Of a stretch of DNA of 64,000 nt, positions 1 to 9,509 are shown piece after piece. Source of the DNA: Acidobacteriota bacterium (GTDB lineage Bacteria > Acidobacteriota > UBA6911 > RPQK01 > JBOGJG01); NCBI GenBank assembly GCA_050747825.1, contig JBOGJG010000277.1, forward strand, positions 9,791-73,790. The letters run 5' to 3'. Below the pieces are notes generated by a model. The model searched no databases. It was given only the letters and a program-made list of their open reading frames with translations, and was not told the origin of the DNA. Position 1 is the first letter of the stretch; each line of letters starts with the position of its first letter. A program made the position numbers and the translations under genes.

Positions 1-1302
1 AATCTTCTTGCTGGCTTTAGGACGAGCCACCTTCCTTAGCTCGGACATGACGAGACTCTCGTCAATCTGGAGACGAGAACCGATGCGGCTGACGTACTCG
101 GCCCGCTCAATTTTGTTGGGCATTTTCAGAAGGTAAGGCAGGATCTCATCAATGACTTGCTGCTTTCCTCTTGGGCTGGAAGGGTTCGACTGCTGTCCAA
201 TGAGGCGGTCCATCAAAAAATCGAGGTAAGGCTGAGACGATTTACAGCGCTGCCAATAGGCTTCCACTCCCTCTTTGCGCATGAAAGTGTCGGGATCATC
301 GCCTTTGGGCAATTGCAAAACGTTAACGCTGAAACCCTGCTCCACAAACAGGTCAACCGACCGGATGGCCGCAGCCATTCCGGCTGAATCAGGATCGTAA
401 TTGATGACAACTTTCCGAGTATATCGGCCCAGAACCTTTACTTGGTTGGCCGTCAAGCTGGTTCCCAGGGAAGCGACGATATTGCGGACCCCGTACTGGT
501 AAGGAGTGACACAGTCAAAATAGCCTTCTACCAGGATGGCGAAATCCTTTCTTCGAATTTCGTCCCGCGTGAGATCCAACGCATAAAGGTTGCTGCTCTT
601 ATTATAAAGGATTGTCTCCGGAGAGTTGAGATACTTGGGCAGCCCGTCACCCAGAATCCGTCCGCCAAAGGCGATGGTCTGACCGGACAGGTCGCGAATG
701 GGAAACATGATGCGCTGGCGGAATTTGTCATAATAGCGGCCTGCGTTGCCTTCCTTGACCAGACCGCAAGCCTCGATTTGCTCGAGGCTCGCCCCCTGCT
801 TCCTGAGCAAGTCCATAAGCCCGGCGGGAGGCGCAAAGCCGACGGCGAATTTAGCGATAGTGTCGGAGCCTATCCCGCGCTGTTCCAGGTAGGCCAGCGC
901 GCCGCCCGGCCCGCGGCTTTCTTGCAGGCATTCCTGATAAAAGCGGGTGGCCGTTTCCATGATCTGAATAAGTTGCTTGCGCTCTCTGCCCTCGCCACTC
1001 TTCTCCGGTCTGGAACGAGGCAGTGCAATCCCATTGCGCTCGGCCAACCAGGCAATCGAATCCGGGAAACTCAAGTTTTCGATCAACATCATGAATTTGA
1101 AGATGTCGCCCCCGACGCCACAACCGAAACATTTGAAAATCTGTTTGCTTTCACTCACAAGAAAAGAGGGGGTTTTCTCGCTGTGGAACGGACAGAGGGC
1201 CGAGTAGTCTTTTCCACTTTTCTTCAGGTGCACGTACCCGCCAACCAGATGGACAATGCTGACGCTGCTTCTTACCTGATCGATAAAGTGATCGTCGAAT
1301 TT
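1..1302 (-). CDS. dnaG: DNA primase DnaG (partial; C-terminus runs off the window start)
   Basis: Reverse-strand translation from the ATG at 1302 gives MKFDDHF...CPFHSEKTPSF...CFGCGVGGD (the primase zinc-ribbon), then the TOPRIM region (EGYFDC). There is no stop before position 1. The ORF track omits it because it is open-ended. Confidence 0.85.
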
Positions 1303-1363
1303 CATGAGAAAAAGCTGTTAGCAGGGAATTATAAACAAAATATGAGCATGGTACTGTGAATTT

Positions 1364-1768
1364 GTGACATATCGGATTAGCAAGGCTCAGCTCAGAGCGG
1401 CGCGGGAAAGGCTTGAACAGGCGGGAGGAGGACTGAGCCTCGAACAGAAGAATCGACTCCTGACGGCCGCTACGGCTCTTGGACTGGCGGAACATGCTGC
1501 GGCGATTGAATGGATACAGGAGCCTCCTCCGCGAACTGTCCTGGAGTTCACCGAGAGTGGCGTGATGCTCGTCTTCGACCGGGAGGCAACGATCTCCCTC
1601 AAGGCTCACCTGAGCGAGCAGGAGCAGCAGGCTGCACAGGAAATTCTCAAGCCTTATCCTGAACTTAAGGAATCCTTGCAGTGCCTGGGCCTACGCAGCC
1701 TTGAAGGGGATATTCAATGGCAGAGCGCTCCGCCCTTTGATGAGGCCGGAGTTAAGGCGACTCCATAG
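1364..1768 (+). CDS. Hypothetical protein, 134 aa, GTG start
   Basis: ORF from the track, divergent from dnaG. No recognisable motif. Confidence 0.35.
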   Translation: MTYRISKAQLRAARERLEQAGGGLSLEQKNRLLTAATALGLAEHAAAIEWIQEPPPRTVLEFTESGVMLVFDREATISLKAHLSEQEQQAAQEILKPYPELKESLQCLGLRSLEGDIQWQSAPPFDEAGVKATP

Positions 1769-2912
1769 GCGTTTGGTTCCTGATATAGTAGCGCGAGACC
1801 ATATCCCAATAATTAATAAATGGGTCCTCCTCGACTAGGGCAAGAAAGCGCTGGGCATGCTGAAGGAGTGAAGTGACAAAGTAACCGGGAACGGTCTCGG
1901 GGTGCGGGCGCCAGTAGCTGAAGTAACTCCGGATCAGCAGGCTGTTCTCATCCAGAGGCAGGCTCCGCACATTTTCGATGAACCTGGGGAAGGTCTCACT
2001 TCGATAGAGATAAAATTCCACGTTGGACAGATAGAATGCCGAAACTTTAAACTCTCGCTCTTTCAAAAACTCTCCGACCAGGCGGAGCGCCTTATCTCCG
2101 CCAAAATCTCCAACCACCGGGATAATGCGGTTCTCTTCCTGCATTTTCTTCAGAAAGCGAAAATGCCTTTCTGAAGCCAGGTAATTGGCAGGCCTGCCCT
2201 TCAAATCCGTCTCTGTGATGAGCTGCTCGTAGCTTGGATAGTAAGGCCGCGGGCGGCGTCCATGACTGCGATACTTGAGACTGAGGTTATCCTCAAAAAA
2301 AGCAGTGGCTACTTGCTTTAGAGCCTGGGCGTCAGTCTTCCTGATCAGATTGGGCGCCGGCCGGCGGATCATTTCCCAGAATTCAGCCAGGTTATCCTGG
2401 AAATAATCCGCATCGGATGAAAAACGGCGGAACTGGCTAACCAGGTCCGAGGCACGGGCAGATTCGTCCGGCCGAAAGCCTTCGGGAAGCGGCTTACCGA
2501 AGAGATAGGATAAATACTCCCAGCGATTCTCCGCCTTCATAAAGAGGGACTTGTAGTACAGGTGCTGCAGGAGATTGTCACGCCGGACATCGACAATGAA
2601 GGCAATCTCAGGCTGAAGATGGGCGATATAAGTGAAGTTCTGGTCGGGTCCGACGCCCAGATAAGCCTGCCCCCTGGCTCCGAGCTCTTCAAGCAGAGGA
2701 ATCACGTGCAGGTAAGAAGTCTCATTGGAAATCAGATTGTTGGTATTGAAGTAGCGAGATCGCTCGCTGAATTCCAGGATCAGGCGCTCGAACTCCCGCA
2801 CAGAGAGAGTCTCTGATGCAGCGTAGGCGGAGGGCTCACCCAGAGGACGGGAGACCGGAAGGACAGCCAAGAGCAACAGTAGGAACAAGATGCGCTTTTC
2901 GGGCAGATGCAT
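1752..2912 (-). CDS. Secreted hypothetical protein with N-terminal signal peptide
   Basis: 386-aa ORF. N-terminus MHLPEKRILFLLLLLAVLPVS is a hydrophobic signal. Conserved-looking core (YLGVGPDQNF...IVDV) whose family I cannot name. Confidence 0.55.
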   Translation of the reverse strand: MHLPEKRILFLLLLLAVLPVSRPLGEPSAYAASETLSVREFERLILEFSERSRYFNTNNLISNETSYLHVIPLLEELGARGQAYLGVGPDQNFTYIAHLQPEIAFIVDVRRDNLLQHLYYKSLFMKAENRWEYLSYLFGKPLPEGFRPDESARASDLVSQFRRFSSDADYFQDNLAEFWEMIRRPAPNLIRKTDAQALKQVATAFFEDNLSLKYRSHGRRPRPYYPSYEQLITETDLKGRPANYLASERHFRFLKKMQEENRIIPVVGDFGGDKALRLVGEFLKEREFKVSAFYLSNVEFYLYRSETFPRFIENVRSLPLDENSLLIRSYFSYWRPHPETVPGYFVTSLLQHAQRFLALVEEDPFINYWDMVSRYYIRNQTPMESP

Positions 2913-2994
2913 TATTCTCGATTATATAGCCGGGCCCAAGTGTCTCCAATATAAAGGAGTCAGCATAAACCTTCTGGCCGGTCTATAATCGTAA

Positions 2995-3759
2995 TTGGGT
3001 ATTATGAAAAAGGCTCTTGCATTCTTGATCGTCACCAGCCTTTTATTGAGTGCTCCGGTCGCTCCCAGCGATGATGATCAGGACGCCCAAGACAGAGCTC
3101 CCGACTCGGAGGAATTCACTTTTTTGCGACTCGTCTATTCAGGGGGCGGCTGGCGCGACTCGAGTTGGGCGACCGATTATCCCAAAGCAGACCTCCAGTT
3201 TTTGTACGGCCTGAGAAAACTGGCCGACTTCACCTTTGTCTCTTCAGAATACAAGGCCCTGCCCCTGGATGATCCTGAGATCTTCAAGTATCCCTTTATC
3301 TATGCCGTGGAAGTCGGCCGGATGTACCTTTCCGATGAAGAGGCCGCCCAACTCCGGGAGCATCTCCTGAGAGGGGGTTTTCTGGTGGTTGATGACTTTC
3401 ACGGCCATTATGAGTGGCAGAACTTCTATTTCCAAATGAAAAAGGTCTTTCCTGAGTACGAGCCTGTCGATCTGCCGCTGTCTCACCCTATTTTTCACTG
3501 CTATCACGACATCGAAGAATTGATCCAGGTTCCGGGAATTCAATATCTGTATAGCGGTCGGACCTGGGAAAAAGGGGGCTATAATGCCCGCTACATGGGC
3601 ATCCAGGATGAGTCAGGGCGCCTCATGGTGATGATCAACTACAATGTCGATCTGGGTGACGCCTGGGAATGGGCGGAGGTCGAAGCTTACCCTCGCGAAT
3701 ACGCGACACTGGCTTTTAAGTTGGGCATGAATTACATCATTTATGCGATGACGCACTGA
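2995..3759 (+). CDS. DUF4159-like secreted protein
   Basis: 254 aa with signal peptide. The FLRLVYSGGGWRDSSWATDYPKADLQF block resembles the DUF4159 family. The family assignment is from memory. Confidence 0.5.
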   Translation: MGIMKKALAFLIVTSLLLSAPVAPSDDDQDAQDRAPDSEEFTFLRLVYSGGGWRDSSWATDYPKADLQFLYGLRKLADFTFVSSEYKALPLDDPEIFKYPFIYAVEVGRMYLSDEEAAQLREHLLRGGFLVVDDFHGHYEWQNFYFQMKKVFPEYEPVDLPLSHPIFHCYHDIEELIQVPGIQYLYSGRTWEKGGYNARYMGIQDESGRLMVMINYNVDLGDAWEWAEVEAYPREYATLAFKLGMNYIIYAMTH

Positions 3760-3772
3760 GGGGGCCGGACCG

Positions 3773-4210
3773 TTATCCGAGTTCGAGAAAGGGCGGCTCT
3801 TTTTTCCACACAATATAATCTTGCAGCGCATGCAGGCCCAGGCAGGGCAGGGCGGTGAAGAGGGTGGCGCGCTCGATCTCCGGTAGGTCATACCGGTCGC
3901 AGAGTTGCTCCGCCGATTGGGCGGCTCGATCAATTTCCTGGCTGGAATAATCGGCCTTGAGCACGAATCGCGATTTCTCAGCCTTCTTTGGCCTGATCGA
4001 GTCTTGATCCAGAATCAGCAGAGTGTTGGGAGGAGGGGGCTTTTTCCACTCCAGGACTTCCGATTCCCTGAGATCCTGGAGGGCCATAATGATGGTGAGG
4101 GTGAGCAGCGCGCTCCCATCTTTCCGGCTCACCGAATAGCGCGGGAAAATGGTCTCTACCATTTTCCAGGCAGCCTTCAGGGCTGCGGTTGTAATCTCTC
4201 GTTCGGTCAT
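3773..4210 (-). CDS. Hypothetical protein, 145 aa
   Basis: ORF whose start overlaps the upstream TPR gene by 4 nt (ATGA), suggesting translational coupling. Confidence 0.4.
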   Translation of the reverse strand: MTEREITTAALKAAWKMVETIFPRYSVSRKDGSALLTLTIIMALQDLRESEVLEWKKPPPPNTLLILDQDSIRPKKAEKSRFVLKADYSSQEIDRAAQSAEQLCDRYDLPEIERATLFTALPCLGLHALQDYIVWKKEPPFLELG

Positions 4211-5187
4211 GGCTCCCCCAACTCGGCCAGCTTATTGCGGATCTGCTCTGAAAAGTTTCCGGGCAGCTTGTGGTAGTTCGGCCTTCGCGATTGGGCCATT
4301 TCTAAGACTTCCCGGTAGGTCCGGGCAGCCCGTTTCTTCTGTCCCAACTTCTCCAGAATCTGGGCGCGGTTCAGATGCAGGATGTAGTTGCGGGAGTATT
4401 TCTTGTGCATCTGTTCGACAATCCTGAGAGCCTCCTTGTAGCGCTTTTCCCGTACGAACAGGACCATCTGCAGAATGCGCGCATCATCGTTGACGAATTG
4501 TCCCCTTTCAGCCGCCCTCTGCAGGTACTCAAATCCACGTTCCTCGCTCCCACGGTAGCCGATCAGAACTGCGATCCACTTGATGTACCATTTGAGATTG
4601 TCAACGATGTACTCGTACAGCCCGACGCTCATGTAGGCGTCGTAATATTCCGGATCTTCTTCAACGAGATCCAGGTGATGCTGATAGGCCTTCTTTCCAT
4701 GCCCGAAAGCCCCCCGGTAACTCCGGTCAATCGTTATGGTGAACGCTCCCAGAAGCCCGTGGGCACTTCCCAGGAAATAGCGGGCGTCCGGATTCTCAGG
4801 GTCCCTCTTCAAGACCGCCTCTGCCAGCCTTTGACTCTCTTCGATATAGCGGAAAAAAGCTTTCCGGCGAGAATCGTCCATCGGCTCTTGGGCCGGGCTG
4901 GTGAAATAAGTAGGAGTGATGAAGCGGTCCAGATCCAGCTCCTGACGTTCCAGCAACTCGCTGAGCCAGACTACCGTAGCCAGGTAGATGGGCGGCGCCG
5001 GGTGCTCGGGAAATTTCCTTTTAAGAGAGGAAAAGGAATCCGCCGCCTGGTCATAATCCAGATTGTAAATGTGATCAAAGCCCCCACGGGCCTGCTTCAA
5101 AAATTCCGCGCTGCGCAAATTCTGTCCAGCGAGCGTGGGAGTCAGCATGAACACCGATAAGATTAGGGAGATAAAGCGAAACATCAT
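4207..5187 (-). CDS. Secreted TPR-like repeat protein
   Basis: 326 aa, signal peptide MMFRFISLILSVFMLTPTLA, helical repeat composition. Overlaps both neighbours by 4 nt. Confidence 0.5.
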   Translation of the reverse strand: MMFRFISLILSVFMLTPTLAGQNLRSAEFLKQARGGFDHIYNLDYDQAADSFSSLKRKFPEHPAPPIYLATVVWLSELLERQELDLDRFITPTYFTSPAQEPMDDSRRKAFFRYIEESQRLAEAVLKRDPENPDARYFLGSAHGLLGAFTITIDRSYRGAFGHGKKAYQHHLDLVEEDPEYYDAYMSVGLYEYIVDNLKWYIKWIAVLIGYRGSEERGFEYLQRAAERGQFVNDDARILQMVLFVREKRYKEALRIVEQMHKKYSRNYILHLNRAQILEKLGQKKRAARTYREVLEMAQSRRPNYHKLPGNFSEQIRNKLAELGEP

Positions 5188-5906
5188 CGATTAGCAAAAT
5201 CAAAGGTATAGAGTATCCCAAGGCTGACCTGCCAGTTGTGCAGTTCGCCCTGAGGCCGAATCGCCGGTACCGCCGGATCAATGCTCTGAGAGGGAAGGGC
5301 GAAATCCGGAACACCCGTCACGTGATCTCGAATATCGGCGCGAAGGCCCCACTTTTCATCGAGCTTTATCTTGACGCCGCCGCCGTAACTGAAAGCAGCC
5401 TTCCATCGGCCTTTCAGTTCCACACTCTGGCCGATCGCCTGATCTCCGGCGTCACCGGAGGCTTGGTAAAAGGAAGCTCCGCCCCCGACTGAGCCAAAGG
5501 GCCGGATCCTGCTGTGACGGTCAAGCGGATAATAGAGAATGCTGTATGAAAGCTTGTGGACGTGATGGTGCCGATCCAGGCGCGGAAGGTCCTGAGCCAG
5601 GTTCTCGAAAGTCATGGGGTGATTGGCATAACTGTACTCCAACTCGGCTCCAAAGTTTTCACCCAGATTTTCCGTGATTCGGGCTCCGGCCACGTACCCA
5701 TTGGCAAAATTGAGTCCCACCAGTTGGGTCTGGCCGCCTTCCTGCGCTGTGGCAAAGGTGTTGTCGTCCAGATAGCTCACACCAAAAAACGCCGAGACCT
5801 CCCACTTGTCGAATTCAGGGAAAATACCGGGAACCCGAGGCTGAGCCAGCGTCGGAGACGGCAGCAGGAACAGCAGCATGAGAGTGAGCCGACCGTGCTT
5901 TAGCAT
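5184..5906 (-). CDS. Outer-membrane beta-barrel protein (OmpA-like barrel family)
   Basis: Signal peptide, alternating hydrophobic beta-strand pattern, C-terminal ...LGILYTFDF barrel signature. The start is set at the internal Met (MLKHGRL); the track ORF extends to 5939. Confidence 0.6.
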   Translation of the reverse strand: MLKHGRLTLMLLFLLPSPTLAQPRVPGIFPEFDKWEVSAFFGVSYLDDNTFATAQEGGQTQLVGLNFANGYVAGARITENLGENFGAELEYSYANHPMTFENLAQDLPRLDRHHHVHKLSYSILYYPLDRHSRIRPFGSVGGGASFYQASGDAGDQAIGQSVELKGRWKAAFSYGGGVKIKLDEKWGLRADIRDHVTGVPDFALPSQSIDPAVPAIRPQGELHNWQVSLGILYTFDFANR

Positions 5907-6010
5907 TTTTCTCTTCCTCTTTTGAATAGTTTGCGTCAAGTATATGAGCAGAAGACATCACTCTAACATGATGCCCAAAGGGGGAAAAAGATTGCAGCGG
6001 CTGGCTCAGG

Positions 6011-6418
6011 TTACTTCTTGTCGTCGTGGTGCCGGTCGTCGTGACGGCGGAGGAATTCCTGGAATTTAATCTTTTGCTCGGAATCAAGAGCATTCATGAT
6101 TTCGGCTCGGGTTTTCGCTCCAATCTCTTTTGAACGTGCACGCGCCTCATTCCAGCACAGCTTGTACTGTTCGCGGCTCCGTTCGAGGATTTGACGGATG
6201 TTGACGGTCTGCTGCTCGTTCAAGGCGAGTTCGGCGCTGAGACGGTCCATGATCTTGCCAGGGTGACTTTCCTTCTTGCCGTCCTGATGCTGATGGTCGG
6301 TGGCATCGGCTTGTGAAGGAGCCCGGTCCATCCACAGGTAGGTTGACACGCTCCCGAAAGCACCTCCGGCAAGGAAGATGAATACCACCCAGAATAGAGC
6401 TTTACTGCGACTATTCAC
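6011..6418 (-). CDS. Periplasmic Spy/CpxP-family (LTXXQ-like) stress protein
   Basis: 135 aa with signal/anchor, charged helical repeats (LALNEQQ...), and a His/Asp-rich tail typical of periplasmic heavy-metal-sensor or chaperone proteins of this family. Confidence 0.5.
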   Translation of the reverse strand: MNSRSKALFWVVFIFLAGGAFGSVSTYLWMDRAPSQADATDHQHQDGKKESHPGKIMDRLSAELALNEQQTVNIRQILERSREQYKLCWNEARARSKEIGAKTRAEIMNALDSEQKIKFQEFLRRHDDRHHDDKK

Positions 6419-6421
6419 GAT

Positions 6422-6841
6422 CTATTGGTCCTCCGAAACCTCGATGAGGCTATCGAGCACATACTCCAGCGAGATCTCCTGCGGCGCCTGTGCCGGCTGT
6501 TCAAAAAGAACATCTGAATAAGTAGCACCGGGATCTTCAGAACCGTTCTGAGAAAAAAGCAGAAAAGTCGTAATGATCAACAGCCCCAGAAAGAAAGGCG
6601 CCAGATGTCTCGAGGCGGTTTGGAGGCTGAAGAAAAACGGAATGGGCCGCTCTTGAGCCAGGTGAGCCACGCGCGCGGCAAAGAAAGGAGGCGGATCAAC
6701 CCGGAGTACGGATCTGGACAGAAATCGCAGTAGGCGCAGGGCTGCCCATCCCCGGCGGCACTCTTCACATTCGTCCAGATGTGCCTGATCGATGGGATCG
6801 GTGGCTTCCAAATCCGAAATTTCAATGTGTTTTGTGCTCAT
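6422..6841 (-). CDS. Anti-sigma factor (zinc-finger HxxxCxxC type)
   Basis: The HLDECEEC motif at the N-terminus, a downstream TM segment, and a 20-nt overlap with the upstream ECF sigma gene. Confidence 0.6.
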   Translation of the reverse strand: MSTKHIEISDLEATDPIDQAHLDECEECRRGWAALRLLRFLSRSVLRVDPPPFFAARVAHLAQERPIPFFFSLQTASRHLAPFFLGLLIITTFLLFSQNGSEDPGATYSDVLFEQPAQAPQEISLEYVLDSLIEVSEDQ

Positions 6842-7427
6842 TTAAGTTCCTGCCGTACAAAACACGTTGTAATTTCTCCTGTAATTTCTTCCTCACCCGG
6901 CTCACCCGGATGCGCACTGCCAGTTCGCTGGTGTTCAAGGCCGCCGCCACTTCAGAATACTCCTGTCCCTCCAATTCGCGAAGCACAAAAGCCGTGCGGT
7001 CCTTCTTACCGAGATCCTCCATCGCCTTGTGCAACAGGTCCAGCGAGGCCTTAGCCTCTGCGGCCGTCAAGCTCCCGTCTTCCATTGAACGTTCCAAGAG
7101 GTTCTCTATCTGATCCTCGTCATCCTTGCTGAGGTCTGTAAATAGAGTCATTCGCCGGCTGCGCATCCTTCTCAACTCGTCCAGACAACTATTGGCAGTG
7201 ATCTTCGAAACCCACGGCTTCAATGGTCTGTTCGTATCGTAACGATCAAGTGTCCGGTACATTTTGAGAAACACCTCTTGCGCCAGATCCTCTAAATTAT
7301 CAGAACGTCCAAGGTAGTGGTAAATGATGTTGAAGACCAGCTTCTGGTATCGGCGGACAATCTCCTCAAAAGCCTTGGCATCGCCCTGTAATGTTTCAAC
7401 GACTAAGTCCGCATCGCTCTTGGACAT
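6822..7427 (-). CDS. RNA polymerase ECF-type sigma-70 factor
   Basis: Sigma region 2 (DLAQEVFLKMYR) and region 4 (LRELEGQEYSEVAAALNTSELAVRIRVSRVRKKL) are recognisable. Confidence 0.8.
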   Translation of the reverse strand: MSKSDADLVVETLQGDAKAFEEIVRRYQKLVFNIIYHYLGRSDNLEDLAQEVFLKMYRTLDRYDTNRPLKPWVSKITANSCLDELRRMRSRRMTLFTDLSKDDEDQIENLLERSMEDGSLTAAEAKASLDLLHKAMEDLGKKDRTAFVLRELEGQEYSEVAAALNTSELAVRIRVSRVRKKLQEKLQRVLYGRNLNEHKTH

Positions 7428-7440
7428 CCATATCCAGATA

Positions 7441-8379
7441 TTACGGTCTCGAAGGACTTTGTTTCACAAAGGTTCCGTCCGAATCCGGACTGAGATCCGC
7501 TTTCATCTCCTCGAAAAGTTCCAGTAGTTGTTTAACCACACGTGACATGTAATCGCTCTTGAGCAGAACCCAGCCTAGATCGCGATAAATTCTCCGCCTG
7601 CCGATCCTGCGGTAGCGTAGCGCACTTGTTTCGGTATCTTTGGCTACGGCCGGGTAGGGGATGATGCTGATGCCAAGCCCCTGCTCGACCAGGGGCTTGG
7701 TGATTTCCACGTTTTGCATTTCCATTGTATTTCGCAGTTCCAGACCCTCTTCCTGGAAGATCCGTTCGATCACCCGCCGCGTGTTAGAGCCTCTCTCAAA
7801 GTGAATAAAAGTATAAGGCATAAGGTCCGAGAAGCTGATTTCAGGCTGGTTGACCAGGGGATGATCGCTTTTCATCAGCAGCACCATTTCTTCAGTCACG
7901 GCCGGATATACCTCCAGGTCCTCTTCATTAAAAGGCAGGCTCATTAGGGCAGCGTCCACTTCGTTGGCACGGATGAGCCGCAGAATCTCATCATTAGTGC
8001 CGGTTGCGACAGTTAATTCAATTTGCGGATATCTGCGCTGATATTCCTTGAGCAAAAACGGAAACAAATAGGTGCAGACCGACATTCCTCCGGCAATTCG
8101 CAGATTGCCTCGCTTCATGTGAGTCAAATCGGAGATTTCCGAGATCATCATCCGCAGCTCGCTGAAGACCCTTCGGCTGTATTGAAGCAGCACCTCTCCA
8201 GTGGGAGTGAGGTAGATTTTCTTATGAATTCGTTTGAAGATCTGGTCGCCCAGCTCCTCTTCCAGAAGTTTGATCTGGCGGCTGATCGCCGATTGTGAAA
8301 CGTAGAGCTTCTCGCCGGCGCGGGTAAAGTTCCCTGTGTCCACAATAGCCTGAAACATCTCCAGTTGACGCAAATCCAT
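7441..8379 (-). CDS. LysR-family transcriptional regulator
   Basis: N-terminal HTH MDLRQLEMFQAIVDTGNFTRAGEKLYVSQSAISRQIKLLEEELG is the canonical LysR fold. Start set at MDLRQL (the track ORF has a 17-codon N-terminal extension). Confidence 0.85.
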   Translation of the reverse strand: MDLRQLEMFQAIVDTGNFTRAGEKLYVSQSAISRQIKLLEEELGDQIFKRIHKKIYLTPTGEVLLQYSRRVFSELRMMISEISDLTHMKRGNLRIAGGMSVCTYLFPFLLKEYQRRYPQIELTVATGTNDEILRLIRANEVDAALMSLPFNEEDLEVYPAVTEEMVLLMKSDHPLVNQPEISFSDLMPYTFIHFERGSNTRRVIERIFQEEGLELRNTMEMQNVEITKPLVEQGLGISIIPYPAVAKDTETSALRYRRIGRRRIYRDLGWVLLKSDYMSRVVKQLLELFEEMKADLSPDSDGTFVKQSPSRP

Positions 8380-8408
8380 GGAGGAGATTTTACGGTAAAA
8401 TCCCTCCC
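8380..8408. promoter_or_regulatory. Palindromic LysR-type (T-N11-A) operator filling the divergent LysR/AI-2E intergenic gap
   Basis: GGAGGAG-ATTTTAC-G-GTAAAAT-CCCTCC: a perfect 7-bp-arm dyad inside an extended imperfect dyad. It occupies all 29 bp between the two divergent start codons. Confidence 0.5.
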
Positions 8409-9509
8409 ATGCAACAACACACCTACACACGGATCTTCCTGCTCATCTGCTCACTGATCGTGCTCTACTTCGTCTTTCGAATTTTCCAGCCCTTCCTTTT
8501 CCCGATTTTCCTCGCGGCAATATTGGTGACGTTGACCTACCCGGCATTCGATTGGACTTGCAGGCGTCTAAAAGGGGGTCGCAACCTGGCTTCTGTCATC
8601 ACCTGCCTTTGGATAACCATCCTGATCATCGTGCCTTTCCTTCTCATGCTCATTCTAGTTACACAGCAGATCACAGGCGTCTATGGGCAGTTCCAGGAAT
8701 CTCTTGATGAGGGAGAGCTGCAGGCTGTTTTTGATTTCCAGAACAACCCCTATCTGGGTCCCTGGACGGAATGGCTGGGTCGTCAGTTCGATCTGGATTT
8801 CAGCCAGATCGACGTCATGGGCAGTGTGGCGTTAGGCCTGCGGCAAGTCAGCATCTTTTTCCTGCAGCACACGACGGCCATCCTGTCCGGATTCTTTCAG
8901 TTCATTGCGAGCTTCTTCATCATGATCTTTACGATGTTCTTCCTGTTTCGCGACGGCTCTCGGTTGCGCGAGGAGCTTCAGACCTGGACCCCCCTTTCCG
9001 CTCGCCACGAAGGACTGATCGTCAGCAAATTTCAGGAAGTTGCCAGCGCGACCGTCCTCGGAAGCCTTGCCACGGCGATCGCGCAGGGAGTGGCGCAGGG
9101 AATCATTTTATGGATGCTGGGAGCTTCAAATGTGCTGCTGTGGTCCACGCTGGCCGCTTTGTTCTCACTGGTTCCGATCATCGGAACTTCCATCGTATGG
9201 GTCCCCTGGTCCGTCTACTTTCTGGCCACGGGGGAGGTCATGCGCGCGATTATTTTAGTGCTTCTGTCCGTTTTGCTGGTAGGTTCGATCGATAATGTGT
9301 TGCGTCCTGTACTGATCGAAGGACGGACTAAGATGCATACATTAGTCGTGTTCTTTTCAATCATGGGCGGGATCGCTTACTTTGGAGTAGTGGGCATGAT
9401 TTTGGGACCCATTGTAGTTGCCCTGGGCCTGACGTTTGTTGAATTGTACAAAACTGAGTTCGAGGAAGAGTTGAAGAAGGATGAGCCTTTACAAGAACTG
9501 GATGTTTAG
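8409..9509 (+). CDS. AI-2E family transporter (PerM/TqsA-like permease)
   Basis: 366 aa, about 8 TM segments, typical AI-2E N-terminal hairpin and conserved C-terminal block (...LVPIIGTSIVWVP...RPVLIEG...). Confidence 0.75.
   Translation: MQQHTYTRIFLLICSLIVLYFVFRIFQPFLFPIFLAAILVTLTYPAFDWTCRRLKGGRNLASVITCLWITILIIVPFLLMLILVTQQITGVYGQFQESLDEGELQAVFDFQNNPYLGPWTEWLGRQFDLDFSQIDVMGSVALGLRQVSIFFLQHTTAILSGFFQFIASFFIMIFTMFFLFRDGSRLREELQTWTPLSARHEGLIVSKFQEVASATVLGSLATAIAQGVAQGIILWMLGASNVLLWSTLAALFSLVPIIGTSIVWVPWSVYFLATGEVMRAIILVLLSVLLVGSIDNVLRPVLIEGRTKMHTLVVFFSIMGGIAYFGVVGMILGPIVVALGLTFVELYKTEFEEELKKDEPLQELDV

Noticed and set aside
442-1359. 305-aa plus-strand ORF covering most of the first 1.3 kb
   Set aside because: It is antisense to a clearly recognisable dnaG (zinc ribbon plus TOPRIM) and has low-complexity Ala/Arg/Gly composition typical of GC-rich shadow ORFs.
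8771-9295. 174-aa and 72-aa alternative-frame ORFs inside the AI-2E transporter gene
   Set aside because: Arg/Pro/Gly-rich out-of-frame translations of a GC-rich membrane-protein gene.
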